46,215 nt of DNA, from contig JBEKCL010000002.1 of NCBI GenBank assembly GCA_050014895.1, positions 1-46,215 of the forward strand. Reading direction: 5' to 3'. This document shows, one piece after another, positions 17,991-26,783 of the stretch. Below the pieces are notes generated by a model that worked only from the letters and a program-made list of their open reading frames with translations, did not search any database and was not told the DNA's origin. The stretch is from Dehalococcoidia bacterium (GTDB lineage: Bacteria; Chloroflexota; Dehalococcoidia; GIF9; UBA5629). Each line of letters starts with the position of its first letter. Position 1 is the stretch's first letter. The translations under genes and the position numbers were made by a program.

Positions 17991-19214
17991 TCAGCGTGAC
18001 GTATCCAGATAGTAATTAAGCTGGTCGTTGATGATGTCCCTCAGGCTAAAGACGGTCTTGAAACCCAACTTATCGATTTTTTTAGTAGAAGACAACAGTA
18101 TAGGTACCTCGGCAGGCCTGAACCTGCTTGCATCGAAACTGATAGTAACCTTGCCTTTGTTCGTAAAGACCGTGAGGCCTTCGTCCTCTGCCCGGAACTC
18201 GATTTCCCCGTCAAGTATCATCTTGTCGATCTTTGTTTTTTCGAAACTCAGGCCAAAGTACCTGGATTTGTCCGAAGCTGTCGGAGCTATGATGGTTTTT
18301 TTATTCTTGATAGTCTGGATTTTCTCGACCTTGTAACCGGCGCACTCCAGTGCCAGAAGGGCATAGGTGATCACCGAGTTCGTTCTTTGTGAACCCTGGT
18401 TATAGACATCGCCGTATGTGCCCTTTTCTGCCAGGAGGCAATAGCCCTTTACTATATCGGTAACATGCGACCAATCTCTGAACGCATTCACGTTTCCCAC
18501 AACTATCCTGTCTATTTCACCGCGTTTAACCTGCATGACCTGCTTTGTCAGGGCTGAAGTAACAAACATAATGCCGCGCCCGGCTCCTTCGTGATTGAAA
18601 CCCCTTGAGACCACAGTACGCAGTCCGAAGCTGGCATGGTAGTTTCTCATCAGGAAGTCGCCGTATACCTTGCTCACTGCATATGGCGACATAGGGCGCA
18701 GCGGATTTTCCTCCTTAATGGGGACCTCAGGTATTTCGATGGGAGCAGGAAATATCACGCCCTGCTTTTTAACCGCGCTTTTGTATTGAGAATCCGAGTA
18801 AATAACCAGCCCGTATTCCTCGCTGCTTCCTGCAAAAACTATTACCGGATTTATACCTTTATTTTTGATCGCCTCCAGGAGATTGCTGGTCCCCGTGCAA
18901 TTGATATCCATTGTTTCGCTGGGGCAGGCAAAGGAACGTTGCACGAATGACTGTGCTCCAAGATGGAAAATATAATCGGGCTTACTTTTGTCCAGTGCTG
19001 CAGCTATACTCGATATATCCAGCAATTCGCTCTCCAGCAGGCTGACATCATCGAATATTCCTCTGCACTTGATGTTGTAGGGACACAGGCCGTCGGCACG
19101 GCGGCGGAACAAGCCGTAGACGTTAGCTTCCTGTTGGACCAGGTAGTCTGCCAGGTAAGACCCGACAAAGCCGCTGATACCTGTAACTAACACGTTTTTC
19201 TTCTTGAAACTCAC
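17991..19214 (-). CDS. NAD-dependent epimerase/dehydratase (SDR), unusually long (about 407 aa)
   Basis: VLVTGISGFVGSYL Rossmann motif and YAVSK catalytic pair. GTG at 19214 has GGAGGAG 6 nt upstream and forms a GTGA overlap with the upstream GT4 stop. The ORF-track ATG at 19241 would overlap by 31 nt. Confidence 0.8.
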   Translation of the reverse strand: MSFKKKNVLVTGISGFVGSYLADYLVQQEANVYGLFRRRADGLCPYNIKCRGIFDDVSLLESELLDISSIAAALDKSKPDYIFHLGAQSFVQRSFACPSETMDINCTGTSNLLEAIKNKGINPVIVFAGSSEEYGLVIYSDSQYKSAVKKQGVIFPAPIEIPEVPIKEENPLRPMSPYAVSKVYGDFLMRNYHASFGLRTVVSRGFNHEGAGRGIMFVTSALTKQVMQVKRGEIDRIVVGNVNAFRDWSHVTDIVKGYCLLAEKGTYGDVYNQGSQRTNSVITYALLALECAGYKVEKIQTIKNKKTIIAPTASDKSRYFGLSFEKTKIDKMILDGEIEFRAEDEGLTVFTNKGKVTISFDASRFRPAEVPILLSSTKKIDKLGFKTVFSLRDIINDQLNYYLDTSR

Positions 19215-20365
19215 TTTTTGTCTCCTCCTTTCATGCCGCACAACCGGGCATAAATTTTCTCATATGCCTGTACGCAGTCCGGCCATTTAAAAAGCTTCTT
19301 CTCAGTCAATTTGGTTTTATTATTATAAACTGCTTCGACCCCGAGCGCTATGGCTTGAGCACTTTTGGCTTCGACCAGCATAAATTTTCCCGAGACCACT
19401 TCCCGCAATGAAGCAACATCCGAGGCCACAATCGGCCTTTCCATAGCGCAGGCTTCGGCTGCACTGAACCCGAAACCCTCTGATAGAGATGGCACGACTA
19501 CACAATCGGCTGCCGCTATGTACGAAGGAAGCTGGTTACGCTGCACGGGGTCAACGAGTATTACATTATCATGTATTTTGGAAGAAGATATAGCTTTCTG
19601 AACATTCTGGTACCCATCAGCAGGCTCGTGAGCAAGTACCATGACGAGTTTGCTGTTTTTGATTTTCTGTGAGATTAATGGCACAGCTTCCACCAGGTAT
19701 TCGACTCCTTTAGAGATTCCGGGGCGACCGTAGTACATATAGACGAATTCATCCCCAATTCCGAGTTTGCTTCTGACCTCTCGGCCGTTTGCCCTGGCCG
19801 GGTCAAAAAGCTGGTAATCAATGCCCGGGTAAACGACATTTATAACAGCGTTCTTTACACCGGACTGTTTAATGCATTCAGCAGTGTAATTCGAGATTGC
19901 ACAATATAGTTCGAAGGGAAGCGTCACAATTATACGTTCCAGGAACTGATGCAGGCCCGCTTTTATTGTGCCCATTCCTGCCATTCCCTTCCAGTGCCTG
20001 CCGATGATCTCCAGGACGGTGATAATGCATTTTTTACCCCGCAGTCTTGCGGCAAACCAGGCAGGAAAGGCGCCGTTATAAGTAGTAGTGTGAATAATGT
20101 CTGCTTTAGCTGCCAGTTTTATCGCCTGGGGAATCGCCAGAAAAGTGAACCAGTAGCGCGATGCCTGCGGTGTCCTGATACGTATTATTTTTACATTATT
20201 GAGTGTTTGATATTTATCCGTACCGGGCAACAACGTGGTTAGCACTGTAACATTATTACCCTTTGCTGCCAGCCCTTCACAAATATGCCTGAAAAGCACT
20301 TCCGCTCCGCCAATGAAAGGATGGTAATGTTCCAGGACGAACAACACGTTCATTATGCGGGTCAT
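19211..20365 (-). CDS. GT4 (GT-B) glycosyltransferase
   Basis: SEGFGFSAAEACAMERPIVASD motif. ATGA overlap with the upstream GT2 gene. Confidence 0.85.
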   Translation of the reverse strand: MTRIMNVLFVLEHYHPFIGGAEVLFRHICEGLAAKGNNVTVLTTLLPGTDKYQTLNNVKIIRIRTPQASRYWFTFLAIPQAIKLAAKADIIHTTTYNGAFPAWFAARLRGKKCIITVLEIIGRHWKGMAGMGTIKAGLHQFLERIIVTLPFELYCAISNYTAECIKQSGVKNAVINVVYPGIDYQLFDPARANGREVRSKLGIGDEFVYMYYGRPGISKGVEYLVEAVPLISQKIKNSKLVMVLAHEPADGYQNVQKAISSSKIHDNVILVDPVQRNQLPSYIAAADCVVVPSLSEGFGFSAAEACAMERPIVASDVASLREVVSGKFMLVEAKSAQAIALGVEAVYNNKTKLTEKKLFKWPDCVQAYEKIYARLCGMKGGDKK

Positions 20366-21069
20366 CCACCTGATTTGAAGAATTCTTCTTTCATACGTAT
20401 TTTAATCACTGCCCAAGCCACGCTAAACCCGTGTGTAATGGGATCCTGTGTCGAGCCTGCATCATGGTAAATGCATGATATAGGTACTTCCATTATTTTC
20501 AGCTTGTTATTTCGCGGCTGTACCAGTGTTTGAATACTAAATCCGAATCCGGGATAGGTTATTTTAATTACCTCAAGGGCTTTCCTGCTATATGCCCGAA
20601 AACCGCTCTGCCCATCGACGATCTTATCCTTATGCCCCACGTTATAGAGCCAAGTGATTGCATCAATGCCGAATTTACGGTGGACCGGAACCTCCGCGGT
20701 GCAGAGGAAACGTGAACCTATTACGAGGTCTGCTTTTCCTGCCAGGACGGGTTGAACAACGTCCGGTATTTCATCGGGATTATGCTGCCCGTCGCCATCA
20801 ATTGATACGACAATCTCAGCCCCATATTTTATGGCAGCGTTAAAGCCGGTGCGCGTAGCTGCGCCTGCTCCTTGCCTGGTCCCGTGGCTTATTACTTCGG
20901 CGCCTGATTGGCTGGCAACTTTTGCTGTATTATCGCTCGAACCATCATCTACGACGATGACTTTGTCAACGTGCTTAATTGCCCTGGCAACAACATCGCC
21001 GATAAACCGTTCTTCGTTGAGGCAGGGTATGATCGCTACTACTTTAATATTATTATCATTCGAATGCAT
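20362..21069 (-). CDS. GT2 glycosyltransferase, Dpm1/GtrB-like (polyprenol-phosphate sugar synthase type), no C-terminal TM segments
   Basis: VVAIIPCLNEERFI...VIVVDDGSSDNT...SIDGDGQH motifs. ATG 21069 (MHSNDNNIKVVAIIP) gives the usual N-terminus. The ORF-track start at 21108 is a TTG with no SD. Confidence 0.75.
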   Translation of the reverse strand: MHSNDNNIKVVAIIPCLNEERFIGDVVARAIKHVDKVIVVDDGSSDNTAKVASQSGAEVISHGTRQGAGAATRTGFNAAIKYGAEIVVSIDGDGQHNPDEIPDVVQPVLAGKADLVIGSRFLCTAEVPVHRKFGIDAITWLYNVGHKDKIVDGQSGFRAYSRKALEVIKITYPGFGFSIQTLVQPRNNKLKIMEVPISCIYHDAGSTQDPITHGFSVAWAVIKIRMKEEFFKSGG

Positions 21070-21238
21070 AGTAGATAAAAGATTATACGGAAACAAAATA
21101 CAAGTCAATTGTTAATAATAAGATTAGGAACGATTATGATAATTGTGAAACGGGTAAAAACAATGTATTACTTTGATCCTGCAATACTGTGTAATAGATA
21201 GATACGTGAAAGTAAATAATATTAGTGGCCGATAACGC

Positions 21239-23017
21239 CTATTTCACCGTAACCGACTTGGCAAGGTTGCGCGGCATGTCCGGATTATTCCCGAGCCTGA
21301 TGGTCATCTCATAGGCAAGAAGCTGCAATGGCACCACTGCGACCATAGGATAAAGAAAATCAGGTACTTTAGGCAGATTGATCCAGTGATCGTAAACTTC
21401 GTTGTCCCTGTCCGATACTGCAATAATTTTAGCGCCTCTGGATTTAGCCTCAATGGCGTTGCTTAACGTTTCCTCGTATGTATAGTCGGCGGGGCAGATA
21501 ACCAGGACGGGCGTGCCCGGCTGGATTAAAGAAAGCGTGCCGTGTTTAAGTTCACCGGCAGGCATACCTTCGGCGTGTATATAGGAGATTTCCTTTAATT
21601 TCAGCGAGCCCTCGGATGCGATTGCGAAGTTAATACCGCGGGCAATGTAATAACAGTCACTGGACTTGTAATACAGGTCCGCAATACGTCCGATCTCTTC
21701 ACGGTTCCATTCGATCACCTTGGCTACCTGCTTGCTGACCTTGCGGATATTGTCGGCGGCCATATCGAAAGCGTGCACCATTGAAAATGACAACAGATAG
21801 AACACGGCAAGCTGGTTCAGGAATGACTTGGTTGCGCAGACTCCGATTTCGGGTCCGCAATTTAAATAAATTACATTATGGCTTAGTTCGCCGAGCAGCG
21901 ACTGCGGCCTGTTTATTATCGAGACGATCTTGGCTCCGGCCTGGCGGGCCAGCTTGACTCCGTCAATAACGTCTAATGTTTCACCACTCTGGGAAACCGC
22001 GATCACCAGTGTATTTTTTCCGAGGGAATCGGCAAAATACTGGAATTCGGAAGCCATTACCACTTCGCAGAACTTCTTGCCGATAGTCGAGAACAGGTAC
22101 CTGCCGACAAGCGCTGCATAACGTGATGAGCCGCAAGCTGTAACGACGACCTGGTCGGCCCTCAGGATGTCCATGGCGATGGAGATAAAGAGCTCCTTGT
22201 CCTGTTGCGAAGCGGCTAACAGGGTTTTAGGCTGCTCCATAATCTCTTTGAGCATGAAATAGGGATAGCCGCCCTTGTCACTCTCATTCCACTCCATATC
22301 GGGCTTTGTGGCTTTTTTGTGGATCTCTTTGCCGGTGGCGTCAAAGAACGTGGTTTTATCCGGTGTCAGCACGACTATCTCAGCTTCGCCGAGCATATAC
22401 AATTGGTCGATTTGACCTGCCAGTGCCATTGAATCACTGGCCGCAAATGCCTTATGGGGGCCAAGTCCGACAACAAGGGGGCTGCCTTTGCGCGTTCCCA
22501 CGATCCTATCAGGCTCTTTGGTAGAAATGGCCAAAAATGCATACGAGCCGTGCAGCCTGGGAGCTACCGCAAGTACGGCATCCTCCAGGGACCGGCCTTT
22601 CTTCATCTCGTCTTCCAACTTATGCGGAATTACTTCGGTATCCGTCTCAGAGGTAAAATGATGCCCCTTTTTCAATAACTCATCGCGAAGTTCCTGGTAA
22701 TTGTCGATGATCCCATTATGGATAACAGCTATCTGGTTATGGCAGTCGCAGTGAGGGTGGGTGTTGGGCCCGGTGACGCCGCCATGGGTCGCCCAGCGTG
22801 TGTGCCCGATGCCCAGGTGGCCCGGCACTTTGTCCAGGTGAAATTTTGCATTGACCACATCAAGGGTCCCTACTCCTTTCTTCACTATCAACTTATCTCC
22901 CGAAATCATGGCGATGCCGGAAGAGTCATAGCCGCGGTATTCCATGCGCTTCAAACCCTCGAATATGATCGAAGAAGCATGGCCGTTTTTACTGCAATAA
23001 CCAATGATTCCACACAT
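21239..23017 (-). CDS. glmS: Glutamine--fructose-6-phosphate aminotransferase (isomerising)
   Basis: MCGIIGY N-terminal nucleophile, two SIS domains, and the C-terminal ...NLAKSVTVK typical of GlmS. Confidence 0.95.
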   Translation of the reverse strand: MCGIIGYCSKNGHASSIIFEGLKRMEYRGYDSSGIAMISGDKLIVKKGVGTLDVVNAKFHLDKVPGHLGIGHTRWATHGGVTGPNTHPHCDCHNQIAVIHNGIIDNYQELRDELLKKGHHFTSETDTEVIPHKLEDEMKKGRSLEDAVLAVAPRLHGSYAFLAISTKEPDRIVGTRKGSPLVVGLGPHKAFAASDSMALAGQIDQLYMLGEAEIVVLTPDKTTFFDATGKEIHKKATKPDMEWNESDKGGYPYFMLKEIMEQPKTLLAASQQDKELFISIAMDILRADQVVVTACGSSRYAALVGRYLFSTIGKKFCEVVMASEFQYFADSLGKNTLVIAVSQSGETLDVIDGVKLARQAGAKIVSIINRPQSLLGELSHNVIYLNCGPEIGVCATKSFLNQLAVFYLLSFSMVHAFDMAADNIRKVSKQVAKVIEWNREEIGRIADLYYKSSDCYYIARGINFAIASEGSLKLKEISYIHAEGMPAGELKHGTLSLIQPGTPVLVICPADYTYEETLSNAIEAKSRGAKIIAVSDRDNEVYDHWINLPKVPDFLYPMVAVVPLQLLAYEMTIRLGNNPDMPRNLAKSVTVK

Positions 23018-23042
23018 GCTGACGTTACATCCTAAATCATAA

Positions 23043-23486
23043 TTATTTCGGGATTATTACGTTCATAACGAGAACTAGAGGGTCCTTTATATGAGGTGAA
23101 AGATCCTTGTTCGTATACAGATAAAACTCAACTTTTTGATTGTCGTCCGCATTGTTGATGCTAAAATCCACCCTGCGCTCCCATTTCTGATCGTTTAATA
23201 GCGTTCCGGTCTCGATGGAATTGATTATAGCACCGTTAGCCTGAATTTGTATTCTGTATGTGACTGGAGTTCCTTCATGGTTGATTATACCTGCGATCAC
23301 GCTGGCAGGTTGTCCTGCTACTATCTCTGCGGGGTAACCGGATGCTTTGCCATCCTGGTTAAGCAGGTAAAACTCAGTGAACTTATCACCTGGTTGGTGA
23401 GTAACGGAAAAATATACAATGGCAGCGATCAGGCCGATAATAACCAGTATCAGGACGTAAAAAACTGCCTTGTTCGATTTACTCAT
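23043..23486 (-). CDS. Single-pass membrane-anchored protein, DUF1616-like extracytoplasmic domain
   Basis: N-terminal TM segment (VFYVLILVIIGLIAAIVYF). It is followed by TEFYLLNQDGKASGYPAEI...GIINHEGTPVTYRIQI...QKVEFYLY, a pattern I associate with the C-terminal part of archaeal DUF1616 proteins. Only 25 nt upstream of glmS. Confidence 0.5.
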   Translation of the reverse strand: MSKSNKAVFYVLILVIIGLIAAIVYFSVTHQPGDKFTEFYLLNQDGKASGYPAEIVAGQPASVIAGIINHEGTPVTYRIQIQANGAIINSIETGTLLNDQKWERRVDFSINNADDNQKVEFYLYTNKDLSPHIKDPLVLVMNVIIPK

Positions 23487-23632
23487 TGCTATATTGTAAT
23501 ACGTTTTTCATACTGACGTTATTGAAAAGCGTACAAAGTAGAAATTATATTTGGTTTGTGTTCGTATGGCAATTCAGGTAATTGACGGTCAGCCGATGGA
23601 ACAATCGATAATAAATCGATGCTGAAGAAGTA

Positions 23633-24661
23633 TCAAAGTATAAGCATAGCGTCCCCGAAGCTGTAAAACCGGTAACCTTCGGACTTGGCAGTTTCATAGC
23701 ATTGCAATATGCGCTCGCGCCCCGCAAATGCGGAGATCATCATCAATAAAGTGGATTTAGGCAGGTGGAAATTGGTTATAATGGAATCCACTGATTTGAA
23801 TTGGTAGCCGGGTAGTATGAAAAGTCCGACCGGGCCGGCAAAAGGCTTGACCATTCCACCGGCAGACACCGCCTCAAGCAAGCGGACCGAAGTCGTGCCG
23901 ACAGCAATGACACGTTTACCTGCCTGTCTGGTTGTGTTCAGCAAATTTGCGGTCTCTTCGCTCACTGTGCCGAATTCCGTGTGTATCTGATGGTGGCTGG
24001 GGTCCTCCGCCCTTACGGGCTGAAAGGTATCCAGGCCGATATGCAACGTAACAAAGGCCGTGTTGACGCCTTTATCGCGGATTTCCTTGAGCAGTTCCGG
24101 TGTGAAGTGCAGCCCTGCTGTGGGCGCGGCTGCGCTGCCTTTAACCGATGAATAGACGGTCTGGTAGCGCTCCCTGTCATCGAGCCGTGCTTTTATATAG
24201 GGAGGCAGGGGCATTTCACCTAAACTATCCAGCATTTCGGGGTGTGAGAATTTAACGACCCTGATGCCGCTTTCATGCCTCGCAGTTATTTCTCCAGTTA
24301 GGGCCAATTGCTCATTGCCCCGATGTCCTGTAATCGAAACGCAGGCCCCCGGCATAAGTTTGCGTCCCGGCCTTACCAGTGCTTCCCATGTATCTGGGGA
24401 AAGCTGCTTGAGCAGCAATATTTCGGCGTGTCTTTCCGTTCCCGTTATCATCCCCTTGATCCGGGCCGGTATTACGCGGCTGTCATTAAATACCAGCGTA
24501 TCGCCCTTATGGATATATTGGATTACATCGTGGAAGTGTTTATGTTCTACGGCGCCTGTTTTACGGTCAAGCACCAAGAGACGCGATGAATCCCTGGGCT
24601 CAATTGGATGCTGTGCTATAAATTCCAGCGGCAGGTTGTAGTCAAAATCTGAAAGCTTCAT
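23633..24661 (-). CDS. queA: S-adenosylmethionine:tRNA ribosyltransferase-isomerase
   Basis: MKLSDFDYNLPLEFIAQHPIEPRDSSRLLVL and full-length colinearity with QueA. Confidence 0.95.
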   Translation of the reverse strand: MKLSDFDYNLPLEFIAQHPIEPRDSSRLLVLDRKTGAVEHKHFHDVIQYIHKGDTLVFNDSRVIPARIKGMITGTERHAEILLLKQLSPDTWEALVRPGRKLMPGACVSITGHRGNEQLALTGEITARHESGIRVVKFSHPEMLDSLGEMPLPPYIKARLDDRERYQTVYSSVKGSAAAPTAGLHFTPELLKEIRDKGVNTAFVTLHIGLDTFQPVRAEDPSHHQIHTEFGTVSEETANLLNTTRQAGKRVIAVGTTSVRLLEAVSAGGMVKPFAGPVGLFILPGYQFKSVDSIITNFHLPKSTLLMMISAFAGRERILQCYETAKSEGYRFYSFGDAMLIL

Positions 24662-24670
24662 GCGGGATGG

Positions 24671-24901
24671 CTATCTGTTAATAAAATATAGGATAAGGTT
24701 GATTATTACGGTCAGAATGATGCTGATGATCAGGAACGTGACTATGGGAAAATAAAAGGAAAAGTTGTCCTTCTTGATGAATATATCTCCAGGCAATTTG
24801 CCGAAAAACGGTATGTGCTGGCCAAAGATCATTAGCAGAGCGACCACAATGATGACCGCGCCGATGATGAGCAGTATTTTTCCCAGACCTTCCATTGGCA
24901 C
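24671..24901 (-). CDS. Small two-TM membrane protein, DUF2905-like
   Basis: 76 aa, with GKLPGDIFIKKDNFSFYFPI between two hydrophobic helices. Confidence 0.65.
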   Translation of the reverse strand: MPMEGLGKILLIIGAVIIVVALLMIFGQHIPFFGKLPGDIFIKKDNFSFYFPIVTFLIISIILTVIINLILYFINR

Positions 24902-24948
24902 AGGCTGATTTTAAACTAAAGAGCCGGGGAGTTCAAAGCTATATATAT

Positions 24949-25986
24949 TTATGCGAAGATGCCCGCCATCCTTTTCTCAATCCCCTCTGCTTCCCGTATC
25001 ATCCTATCGAGCAGCTCTTTGACTGTAGGCTGGTCTTTAATCAGGCCGGTGCATTGCCCTACAGGCAGGACCCCCTTCTTAAGGTCACCCTCTTCTGTGG
25101 CCAGTTGGAAGGCATGAGAGGCGTTCGCCAGGTAAGCAAGCTGCCTGGTGTTCTTCCATCCGGAAAGCATTACACCTATGAAGAGCTTGATGAAGGGCAG
25201 GCGAAGTTGCTTCGCGACGTCCTGCGCGTTGAAGAAGGCGGCAGGCAGGTCCAGACCCCGCCTCTCTGCACGCTCGGCCGTACCGGTCTTCATAACACGG
25301 CAGTACAGTCCATCGAAATGCTTTGAGTACAAAGTGTCGGTGACATCCTTTGTGAGGGAGAGGTCTTTATAATTCTTGTGGAGCGGGCTTTCTTTTGTGG
25401 TCATGAACCTGGTCCCCATGGCGATGCCTTCTGCGCCCAGGGCCAGCGCTGCAGCCAGGCCCCTTCCGTCCGCGATTCCTCCGGCAGCAATGACCGGGAT
25501 GGAGAGGGTATTTACCAGGCTCGGGATGAGGCAGAACGTTGTAACGAACTCACCATGGGCTGCAGCCTCGTTGCCCGTGGCGATGACGGCATCACACCCG
25601 TACTCCTCGGCCCGCTTGGCATGACGGGAATTCACCACTGTGGCTACGACCTTGCCACCGTATTTATGGGCCTCCTGAACTATCCAGTCTCCCTTGCCCA
25701 GCGCGAAGTTAATCACCGGGACCTGCTCTTCAAGGAGGACTTTGGCGGATTCCTTGGCGCCGGGGAACAGCAGGGACGCATTGGCCCCGAAGGGCTTATT
25801 TGTGAGCTTGCGGATCCGCCTGATGGATTCCCGGGTCGTATCCTTGTCCAGGGGGCCTGTGGCGAGAATCCCCAAACCGCCTGCATTTGAAACTGCAGCC
25901 ACCATCTCTGGAACACTGATCCAGCTCATCCCGGATAAAATAATCGGGTACTGAATCCCCATCATCTCTGTAATTCTTGTTTTCAT
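24949..25986 (-). CDS. Nitronate monooxygenase / 2-nitropropane dioxygenase-family FMN oxidoreductase (FabK-like)
   Basis: GIQYPIILSGMSWISVPEMVAAVSNAGGLGILA and IPVIAAGGIADGRG motifs. Confidence 0.8.
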   Translation of the reverse strand: MKTRITEMMGIQYPIILSGMSWISVPEMVAAVSNAGGLGILATGPLDKDTTRESIRRIRKLTNKPFGANASLLFPGAKESAKVLLEEQVPVINFALGKGDWIVQEAHKYGGKVVATVVNSRHAKRAEEYGCDAVIATGNEAAAHGEFVTTFCLIPSLVNTLSIPVIAAGGIADGRGLAAALALGAEGIAMGTRFMTTKESPLHKNYKDLSLTKDVTDTLYSKHFDGLYCRVMKTGTAERAERRGLDLPAAFFNAQDVAKQLRLPFIKLFIGVMLSGWKNTRQLAYLANASHAFQLATEEGDLKKGVLPVGQCTGLIKDQPTVKELLDRMIREAEGIEKRMAGIFA

Positions 25987-26032
25987 AGATCTCCTTCAAG
26001 TAGTAGTATCATCAATCGATTATTATGATTTC

Positions 26033-26692
26033 TCAATCTTTAAGCAGGTTGTCAATCCCCCCCTGCATGAAAGATACGGATTTCTGAGCTAAATACTCTA
26101 TGTCCTCCGGGTGGTCCTGCCACAGGAAATAATGGCAAGCGATTCGTTCGTATACCCCGACTATGCATACTGCAATCAACTCGGGGGTAAAGTCGTCGAT
26201 AATATCTATTCCCTGTCCCTTGCTTATTCGAATGAACGCGTCTTTGATGTCGTGCGTAAGTTTGATGAACAGCTGCCTCCTCTGTTCTTCAACTTCCGAA
26301 CTCTGGCCAACAGATTCCCTGAAAAAAATTGCCATCCACTCAGGATGACTCCCGCAGAAAATTCTCAAAAAAGCGAATGAGATATTCTTAAAGCTATCAA
26401 AGGAATAATCGGCCCTTTTAAGCTCATCGCCGAGTAATTTCCTTAACTGATGCCCTATCTCCTGCATCAGTGTGATGAGGAGGTCTTCCTTGTTCTTAAA
26501 ATAAAAATATACGGAACCCGTGGAAACCTCGGCCAAATCAGCTATTTCCTCAATGCTTGTCTTGTGGTAACCTTTTTGGGCAAAGAGGGTCTCTGCGGCT
26601 TTGAGAATTGTATTGTACTTCTGTTCTTTTTCTCTCAGCCGCCGTAACGCACTGCGTGAAAGTACAATTTCCTGATCGTTCGATTTGGTCAT
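26033..26692 (-). CDS. TetR/AcrR-family transcriptional regulator
   Basis: N-terminal HTH ILKAAETLFAQKGYHKTSIEEIADLAEVSTGSVYFYFKNKEDLL. Confidence 0.85.
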   Translation of the reverse strand: MTKSNDQEIVLSRSALRRLREKEQKYNTILKAAETLFAQKGYHKTSIEEIADLAEVSTGSVYFYFKNKEDLLITLMQEIGHQLRKLLGDELKRADYSFDSFKNISFAFLRIFCGSHPEWMAIFFRESVGQSSEVEEQRRQLFIKLTHDIKDAFIRISKGQGIDIIDDFTPELIAVCIVGVYERIACHYFLWQDHPEDIEYLAQKSVSFMQGGIDNLLKD

Positions 26693-26783
26693 TCATAGCT
26701 CCACTGCAAAGACTTGATATGGTGGCGCGGCACCATGAGAAACGTCTTTAACAGTTTATCAGTTCTCATGCTTGCAGAAAACG

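Noticed and set aside
23018-23200. Looked for a glmS ribozyme upstream of glmS
   Set aside because: Only 25 nt separate glmS from the preceding protein-coding gene, whose translation looks genuine. There is no room for a ribozyme of about 170 nt.
23590-23615. ATCGAT-AATAA-ATCGAT hairpin just after the queA stop, considered as a terminator
   Set aside because: The stem is only 6 bp and AT-rich, and there is no U-tract. The downstream genes are co-directional and closely spaced, so read-through is more likely.
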